64,000 bases of DNA from Eledone cirrhosa. Lineage: Eukaryota. Position numbers and translations under genes: made by a program. Numbering within the stretch: position 1 is the first letter of the stretch; each line of letters begins with the position of its first letter. Shown piece by piece: positions 16,083 through 27,712 of this stretch. The DNA lies in the NCBI GenBank assembly GCA_964016885.1, contig OZ024740.1, positions 159,712,001 to 159,776,000 of the forward strand, written 5' to 3'. The notes below the pieces were generated by a model. That model did no database searches. It was not told the origin of the DNA and worked only from the letters and a program-made list of their open reading frames with translations.

Positions 16083-16182
16083 TTTATAAAACTATATCTA
16101 TTTCATTATATATATTTCGGGGATATCATATTAACAATATGCTATGCCTTCATCAGACAAAATACAATATAAACAGTTTTAT
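16083..16182 (-). ncRNA. Hammerhead ribozyme (inverted copy of 18970-19068)
   Basis: Minus strand reads tattttgt-CTGATGA-aggcatagcatattgttaatatgatatcccc-GAAA-tatatata-atgaaata. Confidence 0.6.
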
Positions 16183-16563
16183 AGATAAATATATTCGACA
16201 TACCGTAATAAACATCGACTTCATTTGAAGAGGTTTACGCTAGCAGTGAAAATACAGAGAGAAAGAAAGAGAGAAAAAAAAAGAGAAAAAAGAGAGAAAA
16301 AAGAAAGAAAGACAAAACGAAGAAAGGAAGAAAAAGAAGAAAAAGAAAAAGAAAAAGAAAAAGAAAAAGAAAAAGAAAAAGAAAAAGAAGAAATGCATGG
16401 AACAAAATAAAGAGATGGAAAAATAGATAAAGCGAAGAGCTTCATGTAAAGAAACAGATATATATATATATAGAGAGAGAGGAAATAGAGATAGATACAT
16501 ATATATATATATAGAAAATTAGGTAGTGGGAGGTCATTTTGAGTAAGTGTATCAATGATACAT

Positions 16564-16598
<35 letters not shown>

Positions 16599-16975
16599 GC
16601 TCAAGTATTAATGTAAGGGAGATATATAGAGAGATATAGAGAGATACAGAGAGAGAAAAAATTTAAAAATAGCCAGACATATTCGAGGCGTAGAAAACCC
16701 AATGTTTTAATGTATTAGTATTTATAAAACTTACACTATATTGTAAATATCAGTATTCCTGAATGAAACAAGTATCTATAATGTGTGAAAATTCATTATC
16801 TTATGTTTAGTTTTAAAAAATTCAGATGTTTATGTGACAGCTACAAACATCAATGTGAATCCAACTGATTCACTCTGCAAACTCTAGGTTACCGGAAAAC
16901 ATTCTCAATGTGGTATAGAAATTTGAGCGTATTATTATTCTTGCGATTACTCTACAAGATTATCTATCAAGCAGA

Positions 16976-17545
16976 AGGTATCACTCAATCTTCAATAGGC
17001 ATACAATTAAATTAACCTACTCATCCACCAAAAATTTAGCACAAAATATTAATAGAATAAATAATAGGAACTTAAAACCTACTGATAATAGCATAAATAA
17101 TATACAAGTTAACAAATGTAACTGTAGAGATAGATCTAAATGTCCGTTAAATAACAACTGCTTAGTTAAAAATATAGTATACAATTGTAATGTTAATACT
17201 GACTCTAATTCTTTTAACTACGTCGGTTCCACATCGACGGAATTTAAACTTCGCTATAATAACCACAAGAATTCTTTCACAGATCCAAATAAAAAATCTT
17301 CAACGGCACTATCAGGCGTACTCTGGCAACTTAAGCTAGATAACGTTAGATATTCGACGGCTTGGAATATAGTCTCAAGAGGGATTCCTTTTAATTCATC
17401 CTCTGAGACATGTGACCTCTGCGCAGAGGAGATATTCTTTATACTAAAATCTAAAAATTCCCTTAACCTACGGACAAATTTATTCAGTTGTTGCAAACAT
17501 AGATTAAACTCAACGTTTAAATATAAATTTAAATTTAAAATGTAG
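16976..17545 (+). CDS. Open frame without ATG: PLE linker plus GIY-YIG endonuclease with Cys/His motifs (Naiad-like)
   Basis: Manual translation: RYHSIFNRHTIKLTYS...KCNCRDRSKCPLNNNCLVKNIVYNC...YVGSTSTEFKLRYNNHKNSF...CDLCAEEIFFI...LNLRTNLFSCCKHRL...KM*; 189 codons, no internal stop; absent from the ORF track. Confidence 0.85.
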   Translation, partial: RYHSIFNRHTIKLTYSSTKNLAQNINRINNRNLKPTDNSINNIQVNKCNCRDRSKCPLNNNCLVKNIVYNCNVNTDSNSFNYVGSTSTEFKLRYNNHKNSFTDPNKKSSTALSGVLWQLKLDNVRYSTAWNIVSRGIPFNSSSETCDLCAEEIFFILKSKNSLNLRTNLFSCCKHRLNSTFKYKFKFKM

Positions 17546-18601
17546 TATATTTAGTTTGATTTATATTTATATGAGAACTAGCCGATAAATTTTTTAATTC
17601 CTAAATCTTTGATTCCCTCTTTTTACTCTTTTTTTATTGTTTATTTTATTTTATTTATTTTTATTTTTATCTAAACATTCCTCATGAAAAATTAAGCTAC
17701 CCTAAAAGCCGATGCTCCAAATTTTTTGAATTAACCTTACACTAGATAAACTTCTATATTAAATATAGGAACATATGTAGACATAATTGGACATCATAAT
17801 CTTTTTGAGATGTTCTTTGCTAGATGTGATTTGATAGATAATTTTTGGCTTTGTCTTGTAATGAACTTGGCAATATATTGTCAATTAACTTTGAAGGGTT
17901 GTTCTTTGTGGTTTATTTTTATTTTTATTTTTATTTTTATTTTTATTTTTATTTTTATTCTTTTACTATTATAATATTCTATAATATTTTTTATTTTTTA
18001 TTTTTATTTTATTTTTAATATTTTTAATATCTTTAATATGTAAATTTTTAATACGTAATATTTTTTAATACGTAGTATTTTTAATATGCAATATTTTTAT
18101 TATGTAATATTCTTTCGTAATATATTTTTAGTTTTCTATTCTATATTTTTACTTATTATTATTATTATTATTGTTTATAATATAATATATATTTTGATTA
18201 GTATATTGAAATCTGCTCTCTATTTCTGCTTGATAGATAATCTTGTAGAGTAATCGCAAGAATAATAATACGCTCAAATTTCTATACCACATTGAGAATG
18301 TTTTCCGGTAACCTAGAGTTTGCAGAGTGAATCAGTTGGATTCACATTGATGTTTGTAGCTGTCACATAAACATATGAATTTTTTAAAACTAAACATAAG
18401 ATAATGAATTTTCACACATTATAGATACTTGTTTCATTCAGGAATACTGATATTTACAATATAGTGTAAGTTTTATAAATACTAATACATTAAAACATTG
18501 GGTTTTCTACGCCTCGAATATGTCTGGCTATTTTTAAATTTTTTCTCTCTATAAATCTCTCTATATCTCTCTATATATCTCCCTTACATTAATACTTGAG
18601 C

Positions 18602-18636
<35 letters not shown>

Positions 18637-18969
18637 ATGTATCATTGATACACTTACTCAAAATGACCTCCCACTACCTAATTTCCTATATATATATATA
18701 TATGTATCTATCTCTATTTCCTCTCTCTCTCTATATATATATATATATCTGTTTCTTTACATGAAGCTCTTCGCTTTATCTATTTTTCCATCTCTCTATT
18801 TTGTTCCATGCATTTCTTCTTTTTCTTTTTCTTTTTCTTCTTTTTCTTCCTTTCTTCGTTTTGTCTTTCTTTCTTTTTTCTCTCTTTCTTTCTCTCTGTA
18901 TTTTCACTGCTAGCGTAAACCTCTTCAAATGAAGTCGATGTTTATTACGGTATGTCGAATATATTTATC

Positions 18970-19068
18970 TATAAAACTGTTTATATTGTATTTTGTCTGA
19001 TGAAGGCATAGCATATTGTTAATATGATATCCTCGAAATATATATAATGAAATAGATATGGTTTTATA
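18970..19068 (+). ncRNA. Minimal type I hammerhead ribozyme at the PLE 3' end (predicted AUA cleavage triplet)
   Basis: Stem I tattttgt/atgaaata, extended by tataaaac/gttttata; core CTGATGA 18997-19003; stem II includes catatt/aatatg; GAAA 19035-38; palindromic (AT)n stem III. Confidence 0.65.
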
Positions 19069-19369
19069 AATATAGTTTTCCATTTATTTAATATTGTAAA
19101 TATACTCCAAATATTTGTCGAGTGCTTTTATATCAGTTATAAATATTTACTAGTTGTAACCCAACAATTTTAACTAATTAGTTTCTGAAATGGAATAAAT
19201 ATACGTTCCGAAGAAAATATTCCTGTCTGGCCCTATGGAGAATAGAGGAAATGTGTTTCCTTGAAAGCTCGTATGACTCTAAAACCCGGTCCGCCTGTGT
19301 GGTTACATACAGACTAGCTGACACTCACTGTAAAGTGTCTAGTGAAAAGCCGAGTACATGTACATATGT

Positions 19370-19965
19370 TGGTGCTACTGGTAACATGTATCCCAGTACA
19401 ACCTGTCTCATGGTCGGGTCGTTGGCGACTAAACTGGCAACCCCACCAAGGTTTCTTGGTGAGGAGGGTGACTTTGGACATCCTGCAGGACTAAAAACAA
19501 AACCTGTCAAAGGGCAAAGGAGCTCTTAAAAGTCAATGGCCATCCAAAATCACCGGGAGAGATGACCCCTTAGCCTTTGTCAAGGCAGAATTCTAGGAGA
19601 AGGAAAACTCTGATATAACACCTGCAACCCTGATGGTATCCAATGATGTTGACTTGTTCTTCTTTTTGGTAAATATCATCTTGGTTAAGAAAGTGGGACT
19701 GGCTTTGTGCAGTGCCTTTGCTCACTATAAAAGCTTCACGGCACAGGCATTGCTTTGTATCTGGAGATCTCTCTGCACTTGTCCTCACATGGTACCATGG
19801 GCCCAGCACTATGTGTCAATAATTGTCACAGGTGTAGTGTTTGTACCAGAGTTTTCAAGTCGCTGGCTGGACTAAAAAGTCACACTCGTTCAGCGCTTCG
19901 GTAGGGGTTCTCCTACATGGATATAAAGTAGTGGCCGTACTCGAAAACGAGTTGGCAGCCACCAT
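19370..19965 (+). mobile_element. Non-autonomous, internally deleted RTE derivative (5'-UTR-like part joined to C-terminal C2H2 finger and 3' end)
   Basis: ctaggagaaggaaaactctgat resembles RTE 5' regions; 19833 onward translates [20 protein letters not shown]; 3' end gtggccgtactcgaaaacgagttggcagccaccat. Confidence 0.6.
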
Positions 19966-20138
19966 ATGTATGTATATGTATATATGTATGTATATGTATA
20001 TGTGTATGTATGTGTATGTATATATATGTATATGTGTATGTATATGTATGTGTATGTATGTATATATGTGTGTATATGTATGTATGTATATGTATATGTA
20101 TATGTATGTATGTATGTATGTGTATATGTATGTATATG

Positions 20139-20169
<31 letters not shown>

Positions 20170-20212
20170 GTATATGTATGTATATGTATATGTATGTATG
20201 TGTATGTATGTG

Positions 20213-20244
<32 letters not shown>

Positions 20245-20284
20245 TATATGTATGTATGTATATGTATGTGTGTATGTATGTATG

Positions 20285-20315
<31 letters not shown>

Positions 20316-20380
20316 ATATGTATGTATGTGTATATGTATGTATGTGTATATGTATGTATATGTATATGTATATATATATG
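19966..20380. repeat. (TATG)n/(TA)n microsatellite
   Basis: Direct inspection. Confidence 0.95.
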
Positions 20381-20382
20381 CT

Positions 20383-20646
20383 GCTTTGTGCAGTGCCTTT
20401 GCTCACTATAAAAGCTTCACAGCACAGGCATTGCTTTATATCTGGAGATCTCTCTGCACTGGTCGTCACATGGTACCATGGGCCCAGCACTATGTGTCAA
20501 TAATTGTCACAAGTGTAGTGTTTGTACCAGAGTTTTCAAGTCGCTGGCTGGACTAAAAAGTCACATTCGTTCAGCGCATTGGTAGGGGTTCTCCTACATG
20601 GATATAAAGTAGTGGCCGTACTCGAAAACGAGTTGGCAGCCACCAT
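20383..20646 (+). mobile_element. Direct duplicate of the 3' 264 bp (19702-19965) of the RTE derivative
   Basis: Collinear match with a few substitutions. Confidence 0.85.
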
Positions 20647-20889
20647 TTATATGCATACTAATACTTCCGTATACATATGTAGATGTACACTTTAACTTAA
20701 TTGTTTAAGCGTCAGTCATACAAAAGTGAGTTAGAAGCGAAACGAAATTTAATTTCGTTTCGTTATTTGTTTTTATTGTTTTTATCGTTTCCGCTGAACC
20801 GGTGCGTACAATGACTCACGTTCTATGCAAATTAGTCTACCCACTACTAATTTTCATAGAAAAAGCATATAACGATATGTGCTTTTACA

Positions 20890-20983
20890 ATTCTCCAGAG
20901 AAGCCGGAAGATGGTAAATGTTGCTGATGAGATGTAATAACATCGAAACTAGTCCAATATTCCTGTCTGGCCCTCTGGAGAAT
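20890..20983 (+). ncRNA. Minimal type I hammerhead ribozyme, copy 1 (predicted cleavage after GUC, C20954)
   Basis: Stem I aatgttg/caatatt, extended by gccgga/tctggc and attctccagag/ctctggagaat; CTGATGA 20924-30; stem II gatgt-aata-acatc; GAAAC-TA-GTC with palindromic ACTAGT stem III. Confidence 0.9.
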
Positions 20984-21366
20984 AGAGGAAATGTGTTTCC
21001 TTGAAAACTCGTATGACTCTAAAACCCGGTCCGCCTGTGTGGTTACATACAGACTAGCTGACACTCACTGTAAAGTGTCTAGTGAAAAGCCGAGTACATG
21101 TACATATGTATACATGTGTGTATTTATATGCATACTAATACTTCCGTATACATATGTAGATGTACACTTTAACTTAATTGTTTAAGCGTCAGTCATACAA
21201 AAGTGAGTTAGAAGCGAAACGAAATTTAATTTCGTTTCGTTATTTGTTTTTATTGTTTTTATCGTTTCCGCTGAACCGGTGCGTACAATGACTCACGTTC
21301 TATGCAAATTAGTCTACCCACTACTAATTTTAATAGAAAAAGCATATAACGATATGTGCTTTTACA

Positions 21367-21460
21367 ATTCTCCAGAGAAGCCGGAAGATGGTAAATGTTG
21401 CTGATGAGATGTAATAACATCGAAACTAGTCCAATATTCCTGTCTGGCCCTCTGGAGAAT
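21367..21460 (+). ncRNA. Minimal type I hammerhead ribozyme, copy 2 (predicted cleavage after C21431)
   Basis: Identical to copy 1. Confidence 0.9.
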
Positions 21461-21834
21461 AGAGGAAATGTGTTTCCTTGAAAACTCGTATGACTCTAAA
21501 ACCCGGTCCGCCTGTGTGGTTACATACAGACTAGCTGACACTCACTGTAAAGTGTCTAGTGAAAAGCCGAGTACATGTACATATGTATACATGTGTGTAT
21601 TTATATGCATACTAATACTTCCGTATACATATGTAGATGTACACTTTAACTTAATTGTTTAAGCGTCAGTCATACAAAAGTGAGTTAGAAGCGAAACGAA
21701 ATTTAATTTCGTTTCGTTATTTGTTTTTATCGTTTCCGCTGAACCGGTGCGTACAATGACTCACGTTCTATGCAAATTAGTCTACCCACTACTAATTTTC
21801 ATAGAAAAAGCATATAACGATATGTGCTTTTACA

Positions 21835-21928
21835 ATTCTCCAGAGAAGCCGGAAGATGGTAAATGTTGCTGATGAGATGTAATAACATCGAAACTAGTCC
21901 AATATTCCTGTCTGGCCCTCTGGAGAAT
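21835..21928 (+). ncRNA. Minimal type I hammerhead ribozyme, copy 3 (predicted cleavage after C21899)
   Basis: Identical to copy 1. Confidence 0.9.
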
Positions 21929-22273
21929 AGAGGAAATGTGTTTCCTTGAAAACTCGTATGACTCTAAAACCCGGTCCGCCTGTGTGGTTACATACAGACT
22001 AGCTGACACTCACTGTAAAGTGTCTAGTGAAAAGCTGAGTACATGTACATATGTATACATGTGTGTATTTATATGCATACTAATACTTCCGTATACATAT
22101 GTAGATGTACACTTTAACTTAATTGTTTAAGCGTCAGTCATACAAAAGTGAGTTAGAAGCGAAACGAAATTTAATTTCGTTTCGTTATTTGTTTTTATAT
22201 ATAAATATATATATGTATATATATATATGTATATATATATATGTATATATATGTATATATATGTATATATATG

Positions 22274-22345
<72 letters not shown>

Positions 22346-22376
22346 AACATATATATATATATGTATATATATGTAT

Positions 22377-23822
22377 ATTCTTACACGGGAGGACGCCGTC
22401 CGTGCAATTTATGCTCGGAGGAAACTTTACAAATGCTGTTTTCGACGGACCAACTCCTAAACAAGAAAGATGAACTGGTCACTGCATGTAAACATAGATT
22501 GCGTAGGACTTACCTCGCCCTCAAACCCCATAATGACCCGGGGGGTAGACTAGGGCTATAACACCCCACTTGCCGATTTTGCTATGGGTAACCCCTGCTT
22601 GCCAAGGAAGACGTAAGATCTTCTTTGTATTCTTTTATCGCTTCCTTTATTTCCTTCCCCCCTCTCTCCTTAGTCCTTCTACCCCAGCTCTTCTCCTTTG
22701 TCGGCGTCTTTTCTCGCCCACCCGAGGCTGCCCTTTGGCCCCATGTAGCCTTAGTACCCCCACCACCCCCTCCCCTAGTCTATGATAGATTTGGCGGACT
22801 ACGCCCTTTATAGCAGTTGGCTTAGACCCCGGATACTTGCCCCCTTTTTCCGACCGCTCCCACTATTCTTGGTGCCCTCTATATTTCTTAGTGGCACTTA
22901 TGCCTTATTTTTTCGTTTCAGTATTTCTTGCTTCGCTTTTCTTTTGGGCGGGGTGGATTCTGAATTTATTTCTCCGTATTCTACCTTTATTTCGTACGAA
23001 CTTTCATGTAGCTTGTTTTAGATCTTTTAGAGTTAGCATTAGTATATATTTTTCTCGGGACTCAGAATTATTATCTCGTACAAGTTCACTTTGCTGCACT
23101 GGGTCGTTGCTGGCCCGGGATGGAAACCTTTATTGTTTATTTCGTGGTAGTCTCTTTAGTATTTTGGCCCCTCTTGTTGACCCGTCACCGTATCATTTAC
23201 GTACTTATACCTCTTAAAAGGGTCCTTGCCTAATCCGTCCCACCTAGTTCTTTTACTTATTTCGTTATTTCTTTATTTCTTTATTTCTTTACTTCTTTCT
23301 TTCTTTCTTTATTTTATTCTAGCCTAACAATAGCCTGAGACCTAGGTCGTAGAATTTAATTTACTTTACTTTTTTCTTTACACTTATTTGCTTTTCTTCA
23401 CTCTCAGTATTTTTTCTTTCCTATTTCTACCCCCTATTGTTCTACCTACCGTTCCGACTTCCTCCCCCTCCCCCTCCCCTGTATCTTCTTTGACCTCATG
23501 CCCAGCTGTAGCTGGCACTACCAACGCTTGATTGGGTCTACTCCACCCCCCCCCTCTTTCTCCTACTGGCAGGTTTAGCCACCATCTCCCCTACTAATTT
23601 GCAACCACAGAATTACTACTGATTTTTGACAATCACTTTGACCATATATGGAATTACCCCTTGAGAAGATCGGCTATTTAAATACCAGGATAAATTTTCA
23701 TTTAGTCCAGAATTAGCCGTCGAAACGGCTTGAGCTCAGCTGTCGGGGTCTTACTGGTTCCTATTACCCACTCTACTACCTCAAGTATCGAGTACTTTGG
23801 TGCGTTATGGTCCACCTGGTTC
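22377..23822 (+). mobile_element. Second Naiad-type PLE, 5'-truncated (GIY-YIG C-terminus, long 3' UTR, hammerhead)
   Basis: [19 protein letters not shown]...[16 protein letters not shown] (same CxLC..E..LN...CxHR signature as 16976-17545), stop at 22561; (TA)n on both sides. Confidence 0.8.
23650..23761 (+). ncRNA. Type I hammerhead ribozyme with U3-A8 core variant (predicted cleavage after GUC, C23744)
   Basis: Stem I acccc/ggggt, extended by ggaatta/tggttcc; core TTGAGAA 23661-67; stem II ga(t)cggcta/tagccgtc; GAAA 23722-25; stem III acggct/agctgt. Confidence 0.78.
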
Positions 23823-23903
23823 CTTACCACATTTCCTTCGTTATATATGTATATATATATGTATATATATGTATATATATATGTATATATATGTATATAT
23901 ATG

Positions 23904-23935
<32 letters not shown>

Positions 23936-23951
23936 TATATGTATATATATG

Positions 23952-23989
<38 letters not shown>

Positions 23990-23993
23990 TATA

Positions 23994-24583
23994 TAAACCC
24001 TATTTAATTTTATGGATTAGGACAATGGGATTGATGAGTTAATATCTGTATACAACCACTACAACGGTACGTGATAGGGCCCACCCACAGCCCCGGCGGA
24101 CAGAATGGAGAAGGCGTTTCCCTGGAAGACGGCAAGGGAGACGCGCTGGAAAAGCCACTCCAGCTTGCGGGGCTCACACCTGCGGATGGCCAGCTCAGCG
24201 CCTATGGTGGTGAGGAAGGAGGTAGCCCTGGGGCCGAGGACACCAGAAGTCTCCACTGCCAGGGGTACGACCGCAAACCTGTTGGAGAGCGACTGGTATC
24301 TGAGGAGTTTGGCCTCCTCAGCCCGACGTGCAGCAGAAACTGGGTCAGTTGCAGACTGCACCAGGTTGCGGCTGCAGAAAGTGTCGGTGCAAGTGGCATC
24401 CCAGACGAGGCGTTTGCCACCGTGGAATGGGAAGATGGCCATGCCATCTGGCCTTTTGCTGTCCCCTCGATCCAGCCCCACCGGCTCGAGCTGGGAAGGG
24501 AAGCCTGCAGCGTCCAAGCCATGCTTAATGACCCCGTTGAGGGCAGCATGGCATGGAATCCGGCCGGTACTGTGGCGACATGC
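23994..24583 (-). mobile_element. CRE-clade non-LTR retrotransposon 3' fragment (restriction-like endonuclease)
   Basis: CRHSTGRIPCHAALNGVI...LEPVGLDRGDSKRPDG..FPF..GKRLVWDATC.DT...AEEAK..Y...VPLAVETSG.LG...LFQRVSLAVFQGNA; 3' end abuts (TA)n. Confidence 0.85.
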
Positions 24584-24591
24584 ATATCAAC

Positions 24592-24826
24592 ATGGCTTCC
24601 CAAAGTAGCGAATACCGACTTTGAAGGTTTTACATGCGACGACATTCGAAATGAAAAAGAAATGCAAGATAATATTAGTGATTTATCTTCAAATGAATCA
24701 GACGTATTTATTTCTGACGATGATAGTTACTTTGAAAGTGGAAGCGAAGATCTGACGGACACCATTGAAAATATTACAACAACGTGGTTGAAAGATACAA
24801 CACCAATACATGTTCACACCTGTTAA
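24592..24826 (+). mobile_element. Possible DNA-transposon (piggyBac-like) acidic N-terminal fragment
   Basis: MASQSSE then a frameshift into TDFEGFTCDDIRNE...SDLSSNESDVFISDDDSYFESGSEDL...W; resemblance only. Confidence 0.3.
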
Positions 24827-25084
24827 TGAACTTATATATTGGGAACATTCTGTTACGTAAATTTACACCGTACATTGTGTAAGAGTACATTGCAAATATT
24901 ATTTTGACTGGTGAAAAGGTTTTATACATCTTTTTCAATGAAAATATTTTCCTGGAATGTAGAGAAAGACTAAAACCTTGTACTGATTATATCTGCAATT
25001 TTAATTAATTCACCTGTTCGGAAAACTGCTAGAATTGATGGAAGTCAACATCTAGGTCATTGTTGAATTTTTTTTGCAACAAAT

Positions 25085-26912
25085 CTAACAGGTAAGGCAG
25101 ATAAAGTTTAAATTGTTGTGTTTATCCATAAAGTTATTACTTTTAAACCTGTTAATTAATAGTTTTTTTATTTCTTCATCTGTAACTGTGCATTCGTTAT
25201 AATAGTCATTCAATTCATCTTCACATTCTTCAATATCATCTTCCTCATCACTCTCTGCATTTTCTGTCTTTTCACCAACTAAATCCTCATATAACAGATC
25301 ATCTTCAGTCCCGTCCATAGCATTTGATATGCCACATTTTTTGAAAGCCTTCATTATTAGCTCTTCAGGGATACTTTCCCAAGCCTCCTTCACCCACACT
25401 ACCACTAATCTTAAGCCAGGTCTTTTCAATGATCCAACTTGGTAATTTCTTTTTCACCTGATATCATCCAAGAAGTCCAAAGTTTACGGATATAAGTCTT
25501 GAAGGGCTTATTTACTGCCACATCAAGGGGTTGTAAGACTGAGGTGCAACCACCAGGAATCACTGCTTGTCTTGTTTTACAATCCTTCAGCTTAGCCTTT
25601 ACAGACTCATAGCAGTGAGATCGAAACATACCCCAAACTAGCAAACTTCGTGGCTTCAGTAATGCTCCTGGCCCTTTCATCCACACTTCATCAAGCCATA
25701 ACTTTAAGTTCTCGTCCATCCAGTCCTTCGGATGTACCTTCACAATCACATCATTGGAAAATTCTCTTTCGGCATAATTTTCCTTTTGAAAATAACCATA
25801 GGGCGAAGTTTTTTTCTATCAGCCTGGCATGCTAGAACAACAGTAAAATGTTGTTTTTCATGACCTGTGGTTTTGACTGTAACAGTTTTGTTACCTACAC
25901 TATCCACAGTTGTGTTGCCTGGCATGTCAAAGTACATGGGTGTTTCATCGATGTTGGCTATATTCTCCATGGCAAAATCAAACATTTTTCTTTCCTTTAA
26001 CACAAATTTTACAAAATTGTGTACTTTGTCATCAATATCTTTTGGCAGCTTTTGTGCAATATGTGTCTTTTGGCGAAGAGTCAGTCCAAACCTATTCATA
26101 AACCTGGTGCACCACCCTGCTGACGATTTAAATTGGGATAAGTGGTACTTTTGTGCAAATTGAAGGGCTTTCGTTCTTATAGAAAGTCTTGTAACAATGT
26201 GTCCATTTTCCCTGATATCTAAAACCCAATCATTTAGCTCTTTTTTAAGATCTTGATATGGTGATACTCCAAACCTTTCTGCTCTCTTTGATTTAGGCAT
26301 TTCTCCCAGCTTGTCTTTTTGTTTCCTCCAACCTCTCACCACCTTTTCTGACACTCCAAATTTCCTTTCTGCTGATCTATTTCCAAATTCTTCTGCATAA
26401 CCAACCACCTTTAACTTGAAAACTGTTTGATAACTTTTTCTCTTACCGGAATTCATATTTCTCAGTGAATTATAAAAAAAATTTCAACTACCAACTTTTC
26501 TCACTTGCTAATTTTGAAAAGAAACGCCACATGCAATAATCTATTTCCTGTTAAAGAAAATATGTCACAATACGTGTTCATAGCAACGCAAAGACAATGA
26601 AATCACATTTTAAATACCGGGTATGCATTTCTATGGATTTTAATGATGGATGGTTCGGTCAGATAGAAAAAAACGTAAACACTACGAAGTTTTAGTAAAA
26701 AATTTTAAATCAAGAAATATATGTATAAGAAGGTAGATATATGAAATTATTATGTTAAATAATAACAAATATTAACAAAGTTATTTTTATAAATACCCAT
26801 CGTCTATGAAAAATCATTCGTCAGTCTGATGTCGATCGGATAGGTCGCACCCCCAAAATGTATACTTATTTATCGTTAAAAAAGTGCGTCCTATACGCGA
26901 GTATATACGGTA
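25085..26912 (-). mobile_element. pogo/Tigger-like DNA transposon with frameshifted transposase; one TIR at 26878-26912
   Basis: Three consecutive minus ORFs (25746-26456, 25426-25749, 25085-25429): RKSY..FKLKVV HTH, CENP-B-type FKSSAGWCTRFM, NIDETP, VKTTGHEK, IPGGCTSVLQPLDVAVNKPFK, FKKCGIS; terminus TACCGTATATACTCGCGTATAGGACGCAC. Confidence 0.9.
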
Positions 26913-27059
26913 AGAGTTGTGTTCACAAATTTAAGATTGTACTTCAGTTTCATTGTATATCTGAGTGATGGTCTGACACCATTATGAAGTTGACTGTATA
27001 ACAATAACTTGGGAGTGTGGTCCTGAGTCATCTATAGAATATAGCACACTACATCCAGT

Positions 27060-27420
27060 TCCATCTTGCACACTACATCCAGTTCCTCTTATGCCAAGTC
27101 TTTTCCTCAATTTGCCTATGCAGTGTTGTTCATGCACACTAACGTTCCACATCCATCAAAGCATAGTTGACACTTCTTTCTAGCACTTGCAGGCAAGGTC
27201 CATGTTACACTGCCATATAGTATTGCAGTTTGTACACAGACATCATACTGTCTATTCTTCACTCTGAGAGAAAAGCATTTGTTCTTAGCAGTAGTAATAG
27301 ATCTCAAAACTTCTTCCAGCCTGTTCTTATCATAGCTATCACAATTTCAGTGCATCCTCCTCCACTTCTAATTTGATTGCCTAGCTAGCAAAAGTTGTCA
27401 ATGAAACTTCTAGACTTCTG
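27060..27420 (-). mobile_element. Degenerate RTE RT C-terminal remnant
   Basis: FSLRVKNRQYDVCVQTAILYGSVTW, homologous to the RTE copies at 10787 and 33576. Confidence 0.7.
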
Positions 27421-27529
27421 GCAGCCACAGAAATCTATTCCAAATGTGTGTGTGTGTGTGTGTATGGTGGGATAAGGTAATGAGGTAAGTGGAATTTCCT
27501 TAATTGGGAACCAGCCTAGTTTTTGACTG

Positions 27530-27712
27530 TCGATTGGTAATCATTAGAGTGTCAGACAACATGCTTTGCATCATAGTCACAGCCCTTTATGTTTTGAGTT
27601 CAAATCCCACCAAGGTTAGCTTTGCATTTCATCCTTATGGGGTCGATAAAATAAAGTACCAGTAATGCACTGGGGTCAATTTAATCGACTTTTCCCTCCC
27701 CCCCAAATTGTT
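27530..27712 (+). mobile_element. tRNA-SINE with Nin-like domain
   Basis: gagttcaaatcc...tttcatccttatggggtcgataaaataaagtaccagtaatgcactgggg. Confidence 0.72.

Larger units (their letters stand above)
19216..22198 (+). repeat. Hammerhead-containing tandem array (retrozyme-like), units 477 and 468 bp; first unit interrupted by an insertion
   Basis: Near-identical units; identical hammerhead cores at 20924, 21401 and 21869; first unit split 19216-19369 / 20647-20954; last unit partial. Confidence 0.9.

Noticed and set aside
19370-19445. Possible HDV-like ribozyme at the 5' end of the RTE derivative
   Set aside because: P2-, P3- and P4-like pairings are visible, but no P1 partner or canonical L3 could be placed
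20647-22198. Tandem array as CRISPR, or the repeated 64-aa ORF (MCFLENSYDS...) as a gene family
   Set aside because: No unique spacers and a eukaryotic context; the ORF is short, motif-less and starts at a non-ATG track start inside a structured repeat
24071-24826. 251-aa plus-strand ORF
   Set aside because: Chimera of antisense CRE sequence and an adjacent acidic fragment
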